A DNA stretch of 64,000 bases from the human T2T-CHM13v2.0 reference genome, Homo sapiens: contig CP068257.2 in the NCBI GenBank assembly GCA_009914755.4, forward strand, positions 43,680,001-43,744,000, read 5' to 3'. Both the position numbers and the translations under genes were made by a program. Every line of letters begins with the position of its first letter. The first letter of the stretch is position 1. Shown piece by piece: positions 40,500 to 52,522 of this stretch. The notes beneath the pieces were generated by a model. That model worked only from the letters and a program-made list of their open reading frames with translations, ran no database searches and was not told where the DNA came from.

Positions 40500-41215
40500 A
40501 GAAATCTTGAAGAAAATATTTTGAATTGAATCATCATGAAAATGCAGAATGTAAGAATTTGTGGAAATGCAGGCAAAGGGTGCTTAGAGGGAAATTTATA
40601 GCTTTAAATACTTAGATTAGAAACAAAAAAAGGCTTAACATCAATAATATAAGTTTCCAATATAAGTAGCATAAAAGAGATAAGCAAATTAAACCCAAAA
40701 AGTAGAAAATAAATAATGAAAGTAGTAGCAGAAATTATTGAAATACAAAACAGATAAAAAGATCAACAAACCCAAAATTGATTTTTTTAGTTGTTAAAAT
40801 TGTTATCTGTCAAGCAAGATCGATTTAAAAAAGAGAGAGAAGACACAAATTGCCAATATCTAGACTGAAAGAAAGAATATCAATGTGGATCCTTGAGACA
40901 GCACAGGATAATAATAAAACTTTATGAGCAACTTTGTCAGTAAATTTAACAACGTTGGGTGACACAAATTTCTGAAAAACACAACTTACCAAAATCAGCA
41001 TGAAATGAAATAGAAAATCTGGATAGCCTTATGTCTACTTTTAATAACTGAATTCGTTATCAAACTCCTTCCACAAAGAAAACTGCACGCCCTGGTGGTT
41101 TTATGGTGAGTTGTATCAAATACGTAGGGAAGAAATAATGCTGATCTTTCACAAACTCATTCAGAAAACAGAAGAAGGGAGAACGTCTGCCATGGCCTGA
41201 ATTTGCCCCCTCCCT
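40500..41215 (+). mobile_element. Old LINE-1 (L1M-type) ORF2 fragment
   Basis: '..agagggaaatttatagctttaaat..', '..aaattgatttttt..', '..ctttcacaaactcattcagaaaacagaagaagggagaac' align in order to the L1 ORF2 consensus (..agagggaaatttatagcactaaatgcc.. / ..ctttcacaaactcttccagaaaatagaagaggaaggaac..). Confidence 0.7.
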
Positions 41216-41560
41216 GCTGCCAAAATTCATACCCTAACCCCAGCATCTCAGAAGGTGACTGTATTTGGAGAGGGGATCTTTACAGAGGTCATTAAGTTAA
41301 AATGTGGTCATTAGGGTTGCCCTGGCCCAGTCTGCTGGCGTCCTCGTAAGAAGAGCAGATGAGGGCACGGACACACACAGAGGGACGGCCCTGTGAGGAC
41401 ACAGGGAGAAGATGGTGTCTGCAAGCCAAGGAGAGACCCCAGGCACCAGCCCTGCCCCTCCTTGATCTCAGACCCCAGGCTCCGGGACTGTGAGAAGGAA
41501 GTGCCTGTTCGAGCCACCAGTTCTGCGCATTCTTAAGGCAGCCCAAACAAACTAATAAAA
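41216..41560 (-). mobile_element. MaLR LTR, MLT1-type (minus orientation), inserted in the L1 ORF2 fragment
   Basis: 'ccaaaattcataccctaaccccagcatctcagaaggtgactgtatttggagagggg..tacagaggtcattaagttaaaatgtggtcattagggt ... gggactgtgagaagg..gccaccagttctg..aaggcagcccaaacaaactaataa' is the reverse complement of the MLT1 consensus. Confidence 0.65.
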
Positions 41561-41935
41561 TCCCTAGTGCGTTGTACCAGGCGGATGTAAGCCTGAGACG
41601 ACACCTGACAAAGACATTATGATAAAACACAATTGGGGAACGTCCCGCACATCAACACAGACACAAAACACTCAACCAGATGTTAGCAATCACGGCCAGC
41701 AAGGGAAGTAAATGTTACACCACGACCAAACGTGCTTCCGCCAGGAATGCAAGAGCCGTTTACTGTTTGAGCATCAATCAGTGTCATTCACAGAAGCAGA
41801 AAACATGATCATTCAATAAATGCAGAGAAATCATTCAACAAAAAAGCAACACCCATTATCACAGATAAGAACTCGAGACAGGCTAAGAACAAAGTGAAAC
41901 TTTCTCCATATGATATGGCCACGTATGAGGAGCCT
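41561..41935 (+). mobile_element. Old LINE-1 ORF2 fragment (continuation after the MLT1 insertion)
   Basis: '..cctgacaaagacat..', '..ccaccacgaccaaacgtg..ccaggaatgcaag..', '..atgcagagaaatcattcaacaaaaaagcaacacccatt..' continue the L1 ORF2 consensus from where the upstream fragment stopped. Confidence 0.65.
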
Positions 41936-42045
41936 ACAGCTAAAATCAGATGTGATGGTGGAATGCCGACCTTACACAAACTCATTCAGAAGACAGAGGA
42001 AGAGGGGAGAATTCCTGCTCTGTCCTGAATTTGCCCCACTCCCTA

Positions 42046-42420
42046 CTGCCAAAATTCACATCCTAACCCCAGCATCTTGGAAGGTGACTGTATCTGGAGA
42101 ATGGGATCTTTACAGAGGTAATCAAGTGAAAATGTGGCCATTGGGGTGGGCCTCCCTAACAGTGTCCCTCTCACTCTGTGAACGGGGTGAGGCTGTCTGC
42201 CTGGCCACTTCTGTTCAATGCCGTACTGGAAATTATAGCCAATGCCACAAGGTGAGACAAATGAGAGTCGTGCAGTTTGGAGAGGGTGCCTGTTATGAAG
42301 GTGTGGTCTTCCACCCAAACCCACCCTCCGGACCCCATCCTGAGCTGCCGGGGCTGGGACCCCACAAACCACATCTCTGCTCAGCCTGCCAGCATCCCCT
42401 TAGACTGCCAATAAGGGGCG
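42046..42420 (-). mobile_element. Second, more diverged MLT1-type LTR copy (minus orientation), preceded by a duplicated L1 flank
   Basis: 'ccaaaattcacatcctaaccccagcatcttggaaggtgactgtatctggagaatggg..tacagaggtaatcaagtgaaaatgtggccattgggg'. The preceding 70 bp (cacaaactcattcagaagacagaggaag..ctgaatttgcccc) are ~85% identical to 41145-41215. Confidence 0.55.
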
Positions 42421-45400
42421 CTGGAGAGACCACCAAGGTCCAAAAGGACAGGAGAGTTCAGGCGAGTGTTCTGGGTTCAGGGAGATTGGAGACATGACGG
42501 TTAAATTCCACGCGTGCTCCTGCACTGCACCCTTGGGTGGGAAGGAACATTACTGGGACAGTGGACAAGAATGGGAAATGGACTGCCCGCTAGATGGTTG
42601 TATCACATCATTAGGTGATTACACCAAGGGGCGTTCCCTGCAGGCACACGCTGAGGTCCACAGTGGGGAGTGGACATGGTGACCCCGCCTTGCTGGGGCT
42701 CAGAAGCTGGTACCTGAGATACAGCTTTGATGTGAACCGAGGCAGCCTCAAGGTCTCTCTGACCTCCCTGCTCCTGTCTCTCCCAAAGCACGAAGTTGTT
42801 CCCTGAATCTCCCTTATCTGCCTGAAGTCCCTACCGGCCAAAGAAGAAAACAATGACCCGGAATCCCCTCCCTGCGTTTCCATTAACTGAGCTTCTATCG
42901 CAAGAAGAAAGGCCGAGGTTTGTCAACACACCTGGCAAATGTCACAACCATTGTCTGCTCCAGCGGACTTTGTTCCAGGCCATTGTCCGTGCTTCAAGCC
43001 CATTGAATTCCCTAAAAATCATTTACTACCACCCTAAAGTCACCCACACTGCCCCATCTCCTTTCCCCCAAGAAGAAGGGTGCATGGCCGTCTGTGGCCC
43101 CCCGGGGTTTGGGGTAATCGTCCTCCTAAGATCCTCCATGCTATGCACATTAGAACACATGTCAGCCTTTCCTCCAGTTAATCTGCCTTCTGTGAGTTGA
43201 TTTTCCAGTGAAACTTCCGAGGGCAAAGGGGAAGTTTTTCCCTTGGCCTCTGCGCGCCTACTTGTTTTTTTTTTTTTTGGTTCTAAAAACACTTTTGAGT
43301 GAGGGAGAGGAAGTGTGATAAAGAAAATGGGGCAAAATGCACAAAGTTAGTGAGTCCGAGTGAGGTGCTCCCTCTCTATCCTCGCAACTTTGTCTTCTAA
43401 GTTTTAAATTTCAAAATATAGCAGTGAAAAGAATGAGAACGTTAAGTCCCGGAAAAGCCATGATTTCTCGCTCAGGGAAGTGGCCACGTGTCCGCGATCA
43501 CAATCAGCGAGGCTCCCACTCCAGGACTGCGAAGCGGTTCCACTGTCAAACACGCCGAGCCGGCGCGTTTCACAGCTGCCCTCAGCTCCTGCAGCTGGGA
43601 GCATGTTTTTCCAATCAGACGTTCTTTCGCAGAACAAGAATGTTCAGTTTTTTGCTTTCGGTCTCACTGTTGGTGACGCTTTCCGGCTGCGTGGGGCCGG
43701 ACACACACAGGCCCACACCACTCATTTCTCTCTTCACCAGCCAGCTTAGGATTGCTTGACCACTGAATGCATATTCCCACACGCCGGGCACTCTCAGGGC
43801 ACGGGGGGTGTCAGGAGCAAGACAGCGAGCTGGCCCCTGCCGCACCTGTGGGCTGCTGGGTGGAGAGTCCTGGTTTCACAGCATGTCCAATGTGGAAGGA
43901 ATAGACAGGCCCCCGGGGTCCTGTGGTTTTCAAAGTCTTCAATCCGTTTCGTACACGGCAGCACTGGGATAAACGAGGCCCAATATGTGAAGCGAAAAGC
44001 AGCCCTGATCTGCCTGAAGGGGGAGCTGCCCCGGGACCTCCTGAGTCCCATGCCCTCTCCTGAGCCCCTTGATCTCCCATGGGGGCCCCAGGGACCAGGG
44101 CACTCAGGGCAGCCAGCAACTCGGGCCCCACACTCGGGCCTGGTGGTTGATGCCGGGAAGGGCCCAGCTGCACAAATGCTGCCCGATGGGTGAGGCTCGA
44201 AGCACAAGGGGCAGCCTCTCCCGGAGCAGCCGCGGCCCCCATCAGGCCACCTTCTCCAAGCCCCTTCTCTCCATGCTTTGTTTTGCTTTTTGTGTGTGGT
44301 GGACACATGAGTGACCTCCCGCCAACAAATCTGACCAGTGATGACTAGCGACCATTCCTGGCTGCTCTGTGAACCGGGGCCCCGTCCACACAGAGAACCT
44401 GGATTCACAGCCAATTCCAGGACTGAGAGCTTCGCTCAGGTCAGAGCCAAGATCCGGGGATCCAGCCGTTCCACCACTGGCCACATGTTCCTTGGTACCC
44501 GAGCCTCTGCTGCCCGGGGGGACCATCGAGCCAGAGCCCCCAGGTAGGCGAGGGGCCTGGGTGGAATATGACGGAACAAAAGATGATGGAACAAAATAGC
44601 CTCATTATTTCACACCAAGTATGGAAGAGCAGTTCCCCCAACTAGCATGTTCTGTGTCATGTTCCACGGCTGTTGGCTGTGAGCACAGCCTGGCCACACA
44701 ACTCCATGAATAGGTGCCACCACTATCCCTACTTGACAGAGCAGGAAACTGAGGCACAGGGAGGCTGCACAGCTGAGCAGCACAGAGCTTGGATTTGCAG
44801 CCGGGGAATCGGACGGCAAAGCTGTAGTCCACCAGCTGCCCAGAGGACCACAGAGAGGTGTGGGGCCTAGGACAGTGCGCCTGAGGGTCCCAGCCTTTGG
44901 GAACCCGGGGCATAGCCCAGGAATGAGAAGCCGAGCAGATGGACAGGGAGGGGAGCATCCTGGCAGCAGAGGTGGCTTAGGGCATCTGAGGGGGTGGGGG
45001 CCAGCCCTGCAGGCCCTGGGAAGGCGGGCTAGTCTGGGCGCAGAGCAGGAGAGCGGCATGGAGTGGGGTCTGTGCGTGGGTTGCCCCTGCACTGGAAGCA
45101 GCTAGGGGCAGGGCCAACCCCACTGAACCTTCCCAGGGTTCGCAGCCCCAGGGAGATGCCTTCCTCAGCTCAGCTTTTAATGCCTCCTCCGGCACTCCCC
45201 ATTGCAGCCCCAGGAGTCCCTCAAGGGGCTATACCTCCCACTCCCTCATGCTCACCAGCCAGAAAATGCAATGGAAAAAAGGACCTCATATTCACAGTTG
45301 CAGGCACACGCAAACGTTAACACAGGCAATCTGCACTGTGTATGGCCAAACACGAGTGAACTTTTAAACTGCAGTGTGAGCTTTAGGCACTTGGAGGGCG

Positions 45401-46500
45401 GGAAGCCCCACATCCCCTGACCCCTCACGCGTCCATCCCTCTGTCCTCATGGTCACCGGGTGAGGCCTCGGGGACAGGGAAACTGGACGGGCCCCACTGC
45501 TGTCCTGGGCCTTCCTCCCGTGCAGGTGATAAGGAGGTGAGAGCATCGTGACGGCTGGCACAGGCCTGAGAGGGAGGGGATGGGGGCTGCTCTAGGTGGG
45601 GTCGGGAGGCCCCACTGGGGAGATTCCTCCAGGAGACCCAGAAAGCTGGAAGCCACCAGCCTATGCAGAGGGCGCTCCCTCCTCATGGATACAGTCCCCA
45701 GAGAACCCCCCCCGCAAGGGCCTTAAAGCGAAGGCTTGTTCTGAGGTTCACCAGGACAAGCAAGTGTGGCTTTGCCCTCTTGCCATCCACACCCCTGGGA
45801 CATCCAATCAGGACCAGTGATCGTCCACTGCCTAGACCAGACCCAGTCATCCCCGAATTCATTACGTGGGAACTGAGGAGGGGGCTCCAGGCAGGGGGAT
45901 CGTGCAGGTGGTCTTGGTGTCCAGGAGGCCTCACAGTATCCACTCACCGCCGTCTCCACCCCCTCAGGCACAGGTCCCTGTCCTCATCCTCATCAGTGCG
46001 GTCCCACAACTCAGGTGCGGCCCCCACTCCCCTTCCCGCCACCCCCCTTCCCCGGCCCTGCCGCCCTTCCCCGCCCAGAGGGAAACATGAGCATCTCAGA
46101 ACAAGAGACAAAGCCCAGGCATTCAGGGAGGATAAAGGGGGAACGCAGCCCCCACCAAAATCTTCCCCAGACACAATGAGGTTTTATCAGCCCATTGTAT
46201 TAAGCAGAATACGAGTCCCATAAAGCCCCCACACCCTGCTCCCTCCCAGGAATGTGTGGCTCTGTGCAGAGGGGACTGGTCACTGTGACGAAGGCCAGGC
46301 ACTCTGACACGGGAGGTCTGGTTATCTGCTGGTAATCCTTAGGGGCCCTTATCCAGGGAGGCAGGAGGGCCCGGGGGAGGCACAGGACTGCAGCAGGGAC
46401 TGTGGGCGGGGAAAGTGGGAGAGCGATTCTCCTGGGGGGCCAGGAGGAGCGGGCCCTGCCCACCCCAAGTGACTCCTTAGGAGCCATGAGATAATGAATC

Positions 46501-46793
46501 TTTTTTTTTTTTTTTTTTGAGATGGAGTCTTGCTCTGTCGCTCAGGCTGGAGTGCAGTGGTGCGATCTCATCTCACCGCAACCTCTACCTCCCGGGCAGT
46601 TCTCCTGCCTCAGCCTCCCAGTAGCTGGGACCACACATGCCCGCCACCACGCCTGGCTAATTTTTGTATTTTTAGTAGAGATGGAGTTTCAACATGTTGG
46701 CCTGCCTGGTCTCGAACTCCTGACCTCAGGTGATCCGCCTGCCTCAGCCTCCCAAAGTGCTGGGATTACAGGCGTGAGCCACCGCGCCCGGCC
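46501..46793 (-). mobile_element. Alu SINE (minus orientation)
   Basis: A poly-T followed by gagatggagtcttgctctgtcgctcaggctggagtgcagtgg ... ggcgtgagccaccgcgcccggcc. Confidence 0.95.
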
Positions 46794-49147
46794 GGATCTG
46801 TGTTGTTTTAAGCCACTGAGTTTGTGGTCATTTCTCACAGCAGCCACAGGGAACTCATACAAACGTGGAAGCAGATCATTTCAGGGGAATTGAAAATATG
46901 CCACAAATGGAGAAATGCCACAAAAAATTTTAAGTTAATAAAAATCGCACAGATAGGAAGAGAAAGTATTATCATCTATGAAGGGAAGAGCTTCGGGGGC
47001 TGTGGCTCTGAGAGCCTGAGCAGAGGGCAGAGCTGGGTGGCTGGTGAGGACGCTGGGCCAGCTCGGGGGCTTCCATTAGGAGCCAAGACCAGGTCCTTGT
47101 GTGTCCCTGGGGCAGGGTGAGGGGTCTGGGGTGCTGTGGCCTCGCAGGTGGCGGGGGCGGCCAGAGACCACTGCTAAGATCAGCCTCATGCTCTGTGCGA
47201 GGGCTGAGCCGAAAACAATCTTGGGGGCCCCACCTCGAGGCCCCGGGGTAGGGAGGAGGGGAAGCTGATGCACTTATTCCTGGAGGCTGAGGGGAGGGTG
47301 CCCTGGGGACCCTCCCTGCTATTAGAGACTGCGCAGGCCGCTACCCCAACCCCCTCTTGTCCCAGAGACAGGACAGGAGAGACAGACGGGAGAGGCAGGC
47401 AGATGCCTCCAGCAGCCATGGGACAGAGTCCAGATGTCTTAACGGCCGCATAAAATGGGGCATGTGGGCTACCCAAGGAGTGGCCCAGGACTCACAGGAA
47501 GCCACCCTCCCGGGCTGGAATCCCAAAAATCCAAGCCCCACTCGCAGTCCTAAGTCTTCCTGCAGAAAACCTCTCCCCCTGGATAAGCAAAGATCCCTGT
47601 GAGCTCAGCCCGACCCCTGCCTAGTCCCTGCTCCCAGCTCCGCAGTCTCCAGGCAGCCATGGTGCCTCTGGCTGAACCATCCACCTGAGGACCCATACGG
47701 GCCAGAGCCAGTGCTTGGGGTCCCCAGCGGCCTCCCTCCCTGCTGCCTCAGCTGCCCCTCTACAGCCCTGGTCACCTGCAAGTCATCTGGCCAAGAAGGC
47801 TGACCCAGAGGCCGGACTGCCTAGTCACGCCGGCAGGGCCCCTCGCAGGGGCACGCTGACAGCAAGGAGGCTCTTAGTGAAACTCAAGGATCTTGGCAGG
47901 AGGTGAAGGCGGTGCCCGAGCCCCCCTGCCTGGCGTGGCCTCAGTGAGCTCCCTGCCCTGCAAGGTTTGGATTTCAGGTCCTAGGCCAGCTCCCCACTGT
48001 CCTGCCTGTCTGAATTCCAACAGATTTTATTTGAAAATGTTGCTTTTAGCCCAGCGTCACCTCTGAGCTGCGACTTTATGTTCATCATGTGCTTCTTCCC
48101 CCACTTCTACCTGCAGACCCAAGAGCAGGGCCGGGTCTCCTCCCCTTAGGAGCAGGGTGAGGGGGTCTGGGAAGCCCCCGCCCACCTCCCTGATCACCTG
48201 GCCCCAAGCTCTGCCCAGGCCCCCTACCTGCATCCAGCCACACCCCACCTGTCCCCAGACCCAGGACATACCACCCCTCTCACGTCAGCACCTTTGGGGT
48301 GGCATCAGGACTTTGGGGACAGAGCAAGCGTGGAGAGGGGACCCCTCCTTGTGAGCAGGAGAGAGAAGCAACCTGACCACACCAGGCGGGGAGAGAGAGA
48401 GAGGTCATCCGGAAAGAGCTGCCGGTGAGCTCATTCCACAGGGGTGCTGGGACCCCGAGGACACAGCCCTGCCTGTCCCAGGGCCCAACAGTGACTGCAG
48501 TGAATGTCCTCAAGCATCAGCTGCTCGATGGCAGCCGGGGTTTCTGACTGACCCTGTGGGGTTTTCTCCATCAAATTCCTTTGAACATCTTTGTCCTTAA
48601 CGATCCTGACTGATCTCAGTTGTTTAGGCCTCTTCTTGGCTGCCAGGCGCACACTCAGGTGTGCTTTGCTTTTAAACGCTGAGAAACCCTCGGCAATGTT
48701 TTCTTTTCTTTTGAACATCACTACAGCAGCCCCCAGGAGGGGTGGGTGGTCCCACCGACAAGGGCCCCCAGGGCCCACAAAAGGCCACTCTCTCATCCCA
48801 AAGTGCATCGTGCCCTGAGCCTGGAAGTCGGGTCTGGCCTTCAAGTAGGAGAGGCCAAGCCCCACAGAACCCCCAAGGGCGAGCGGGAGAGTGGGCGAGT
48901 GGGCGCTTCCCCGACGCCCCTCCTTGGGGCTCAGCGTCACCCTCCCGGCCTGAGTCGGCCCCTGCTGGACAGCTCTGTTCCTGGGTTTGGTGACAACTCT
49001 CCCACACCCAGGGCTGTGACTTGGGGACACTGGTCTGTGGAGTCTGTGGATTCTGCGGACACCTGGTCTGTCACAGAGAAGCCCCGTTAGTCCTTTTTCC
49101 CAGCAAGAACACAGTCAGGGAAAGACCTCCATCTCCACGGCCTCCTC

Positions 49148-49845
49148 ACAAAGACACTGTGAAGACTGAAAAATTAAGCCACACAGTGAGAGAAGCTACC
49201 GTACGTGTCATTTCTTAGGATTCACGGAGGTCTTTTGTCGAGAATGTATGAAGAACTCTGACAAATCAATGAGAATAAAGCACCCGGCTGGCAGAGGCAG
49301 GGACAGACCGAGGCGCGTCGCGATGTGGGTGTCCGGTGAGCACGTGGGAGGGGCCCAACCTCACCCATCGTCCGGGAGGTGCAGACTAAACCCTGAGACG
49401 CCGTCCTACCCCAGAGAGGCCAACATTTCAAAGATCCACAGTTCCAGGCGGTGGGCAGAGTGCCACGGCCGGTGTGGAAAATGGTGGCTGGCATCCACTC
49501 CAGTCTAACGTTTCGTACCTGGGACCCGGCAGTCCCAGGCCTCAGTGTGTGTTCTGGGTAGGAAGCACCTACTGGTGTTCACCCAAAGACATGAGATTGT
49601 TTATAGCATCATTATTCCCAATACCCCTGAACTGGAAAGAACTCAGATGACCACTGGCAGTGGGGTGGGGGTGGAACAGCCACGTAATAGAACACGGGGT
49701 GGCGATGAAACCAGCTCCTGCAATGTGCAGCCACATGGCTGCATCTCACAACCGGGAAGCACCTGTCAGGAGGCACTGTCCCTCCCAGCCTTCTGCAAGC
49801 ACAAGGTGGGCACCTGGGAGGAAGGATACCCTTCATGCTGCGGCC
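49148..49845 (+). repeat. Left arm of a ~0.7 kb inverted repeat pair (partner 54737-55432)
   Basis: The reverse complement of 54737-55432 matches this stretch at ~93% identity. ORFs 49248-49508(+)/55072-55347(-) and 49545-49907(+)/54700-55035(-) give near-identical peptides, confirming it. Confidence 0.9.
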
Positions 49846-49959
49846 GGGGGCCTCGCCCACTCTCCACACCCAGCCCCGGCCCAGCCACAGCCTGGCTTGT
49901 GCTGTGACCACTGCTCCTTCTCTCGCTAGACTGGGTGCTCCTGAGCGTGGACACTGGGC

Positions 49960-50045
49960 CTCTGGTCATCTGTGTGAGCTCTGCGTGGTGCCTGACACAC
50001 AGTAGGAGCTTGGCGAGTGTCTGCTGAGTCAATGAGAAAGGAGTG
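49960..50045 (+). mobile_element. MIR-like SINE core fragment
   Basis: 'gtgcctgacacacagtaggagcttggcgagtgtctgctgagtcaatgag' resembles the MIR core 'gtgcctggcacatagtaggcgctcaataaatgtttgttgaatgaatga'. Confidence 0.4.
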
Positions 50046-51198
50046 TAGGGCCAGAAACACGGGCCGACGGCTCCCTGCCAGTGAGTCACTCTCGGGGCAC
50101 TGCTGAGTCATAAGTTCCTTTCACTTTGGATGGATTTTTAATTGTATGTTCTGAACAGATGGAAATTTCTTGGCTGTTGGGAGTCAAACTGTGGATATTT
50201 GGTGAGTGTATCCAAAAGGAAGTGGCCGCAGTATGAGTCACCCAGGCCATGTGAACTTTGATGGGGGAAACAGAACCAGCAACTTCTGCTGGTTCACGAC
50301 CAAAGGAAGCAGTGCCGGAGCGTGAACAATGGGGTGCAGGCGGCCAAGTTCTGAGTGGCTGCTGGGAGCGCTTTCCCACTGTCTGCGGAGCCCGTGACAC
50401 CACAGTGTCCCTCGAACATGCGGGGATGGCCGGCCAAATCACCCAGCCCGCTTTCACGAGCGACCGCTGAGCTGTGTTGCGGCAGTCCCTCCCAGGGCCG
50501 CTGGGCCAGGCCCAGCTGCGGGGTAGAGGAGAGGATGGGGAGAGGGGCCTGAGATGGGGCAGGGAAGTCTGTGAGCTCAGCCCGGGACCTGGGGCCAAGC
50601 ACCAGGAGGCCAGGGGGAGTCTCCAGGGGCTGGGGCTGGAGCCGCATCAGAGAGGAAAGGGGTGTTTGAAAAAGGGGCAGGGCCTGGGACCCAGGAAACT
50701 GTTCTTCCAGAGACACCCGTGAAGCTGAGCTTTGCCTCTCAGGGAAGCTGTGACCCCACGGGTGCTGCCCAGAGAGATCGGGCCAGGTGGAGCCAAGATG
50801 GACTGGAATTCCCCGACGGGGACAAGGGGCCGGACGAGGCTGACTTGCCCTGTCTGATGAATGGTCAGGTTTGCTTTTTCTCCTGAAAACACGAGGCAGT
50901 GATCCCGGCCAGCTAATTCCAGCAGACTGGAGACGGGATGGTGGAGAATGAGGCTGTGGGCGGGAAGAGCAGATGGGACTCGCCAGCATCCTCACGGCAG
51001 GGCCGCGCTATTGCCCTCCCTCCCCTCCTACTCTCTGGGGTCCCAGGAGCCCCAGATACGCAATGCTGCCAGGCGATTTCTGGCGCCCCGCAGACCCCTG
51101 CCCCTGGAGTTGGGCCAGGTCCCGGCTGGAGCAAAGGGGGCTCCTTCAAGCCCGCTCCTCCCTGTCAAACCCGAGGAGCCTGACAGGCGCAGCGTCAC

Positions 51199-51358
51199 CA
51201 GCGTCACCGGGCCATAGTGAGCGGCCAAGCCAGCGTCACCGGGCCATAGTGAGCGGCCAAGCCAGCGTCACCGGGCCATAGTGAGCCGCCAAGCCAGCGT
51301 CACCGGGCCATAGTGAGCCGCCAAGCCAGTGTCACCGGGCCATAGTGAGCGGCCAAGC
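51199..51358. repeat. Tandem repeat, 34 bp unit x ~5 (gcgtcaccgggccatagtgagcggccaagccagc)
   Basis: Near-identical direct copies. Confidence 0.9.
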
Positions 51359-52115
51359 CTTGGTCTGCCAGAGCCGGCCGCACCAGAAGGATTTCTGGGT
51401 CCCCAGTCCTGGAGGAGCACACGGTTTACACCAGGCCTTGGGAGGGGAAGAGGCAAGGCGTGGGCCCAGCCCTCACTCCCCAGGAGAAACCCTGTTTGAG
51501 CGGCAGAGGAGACTGGAGAGACCCCAGGGCGGGGATCCCTGAGAGGAGAGAAACCCGGAATTCATCCACGGAGGCGTTCACCCAGAGGAGACCCGGAGCT
51601 TCTCCAGGAGAGGCTGGATTGCTCCAACAGGGGCCCTGAGGAGCTGATGGCAGGAGCGGAAGGCAGCTCTGACTCGTGCGTCTGACTCCAGGTGTGGCCG
51701 TTGGGGCTACAGTGGGACCAGCCTGTTGTCACTGAACCCACAAAGTGCCTCCGAGCGCGGGTGGAGAGAGGGGGACCTCCCACCGTCTGCTGGCCTTGAA
51801 TCTTGAATCTAATTCCCGTCTGTGCTTTGATGGGAGAGGCACTGGGAGCGGGCGGCTTTTTCAGTTCCTTTTATCTTGAATGGCCTTTGGGGGATTTTCA
51901 CAGATTCTGAGTTCAAAGCCCAGGGAGGTGTGGGAACGTGACATTCCTCACCGCATTCCTCACCGCATTCCTCTGTAAACCAGGCGGTGTTGGCACCCAT
52001 GAGCCTGTGTCTTCTATGACATCAGGAGTTTTATCCCTCACGTCAGAAATCAGGGTTCCAGGCGCCTTGGTTTTTCTTGGCGCCAGCGGCTTGGCTATAG
52101 AAGAAAAACTGAAGG

Positions 52116-52522
<407 letters not shown>

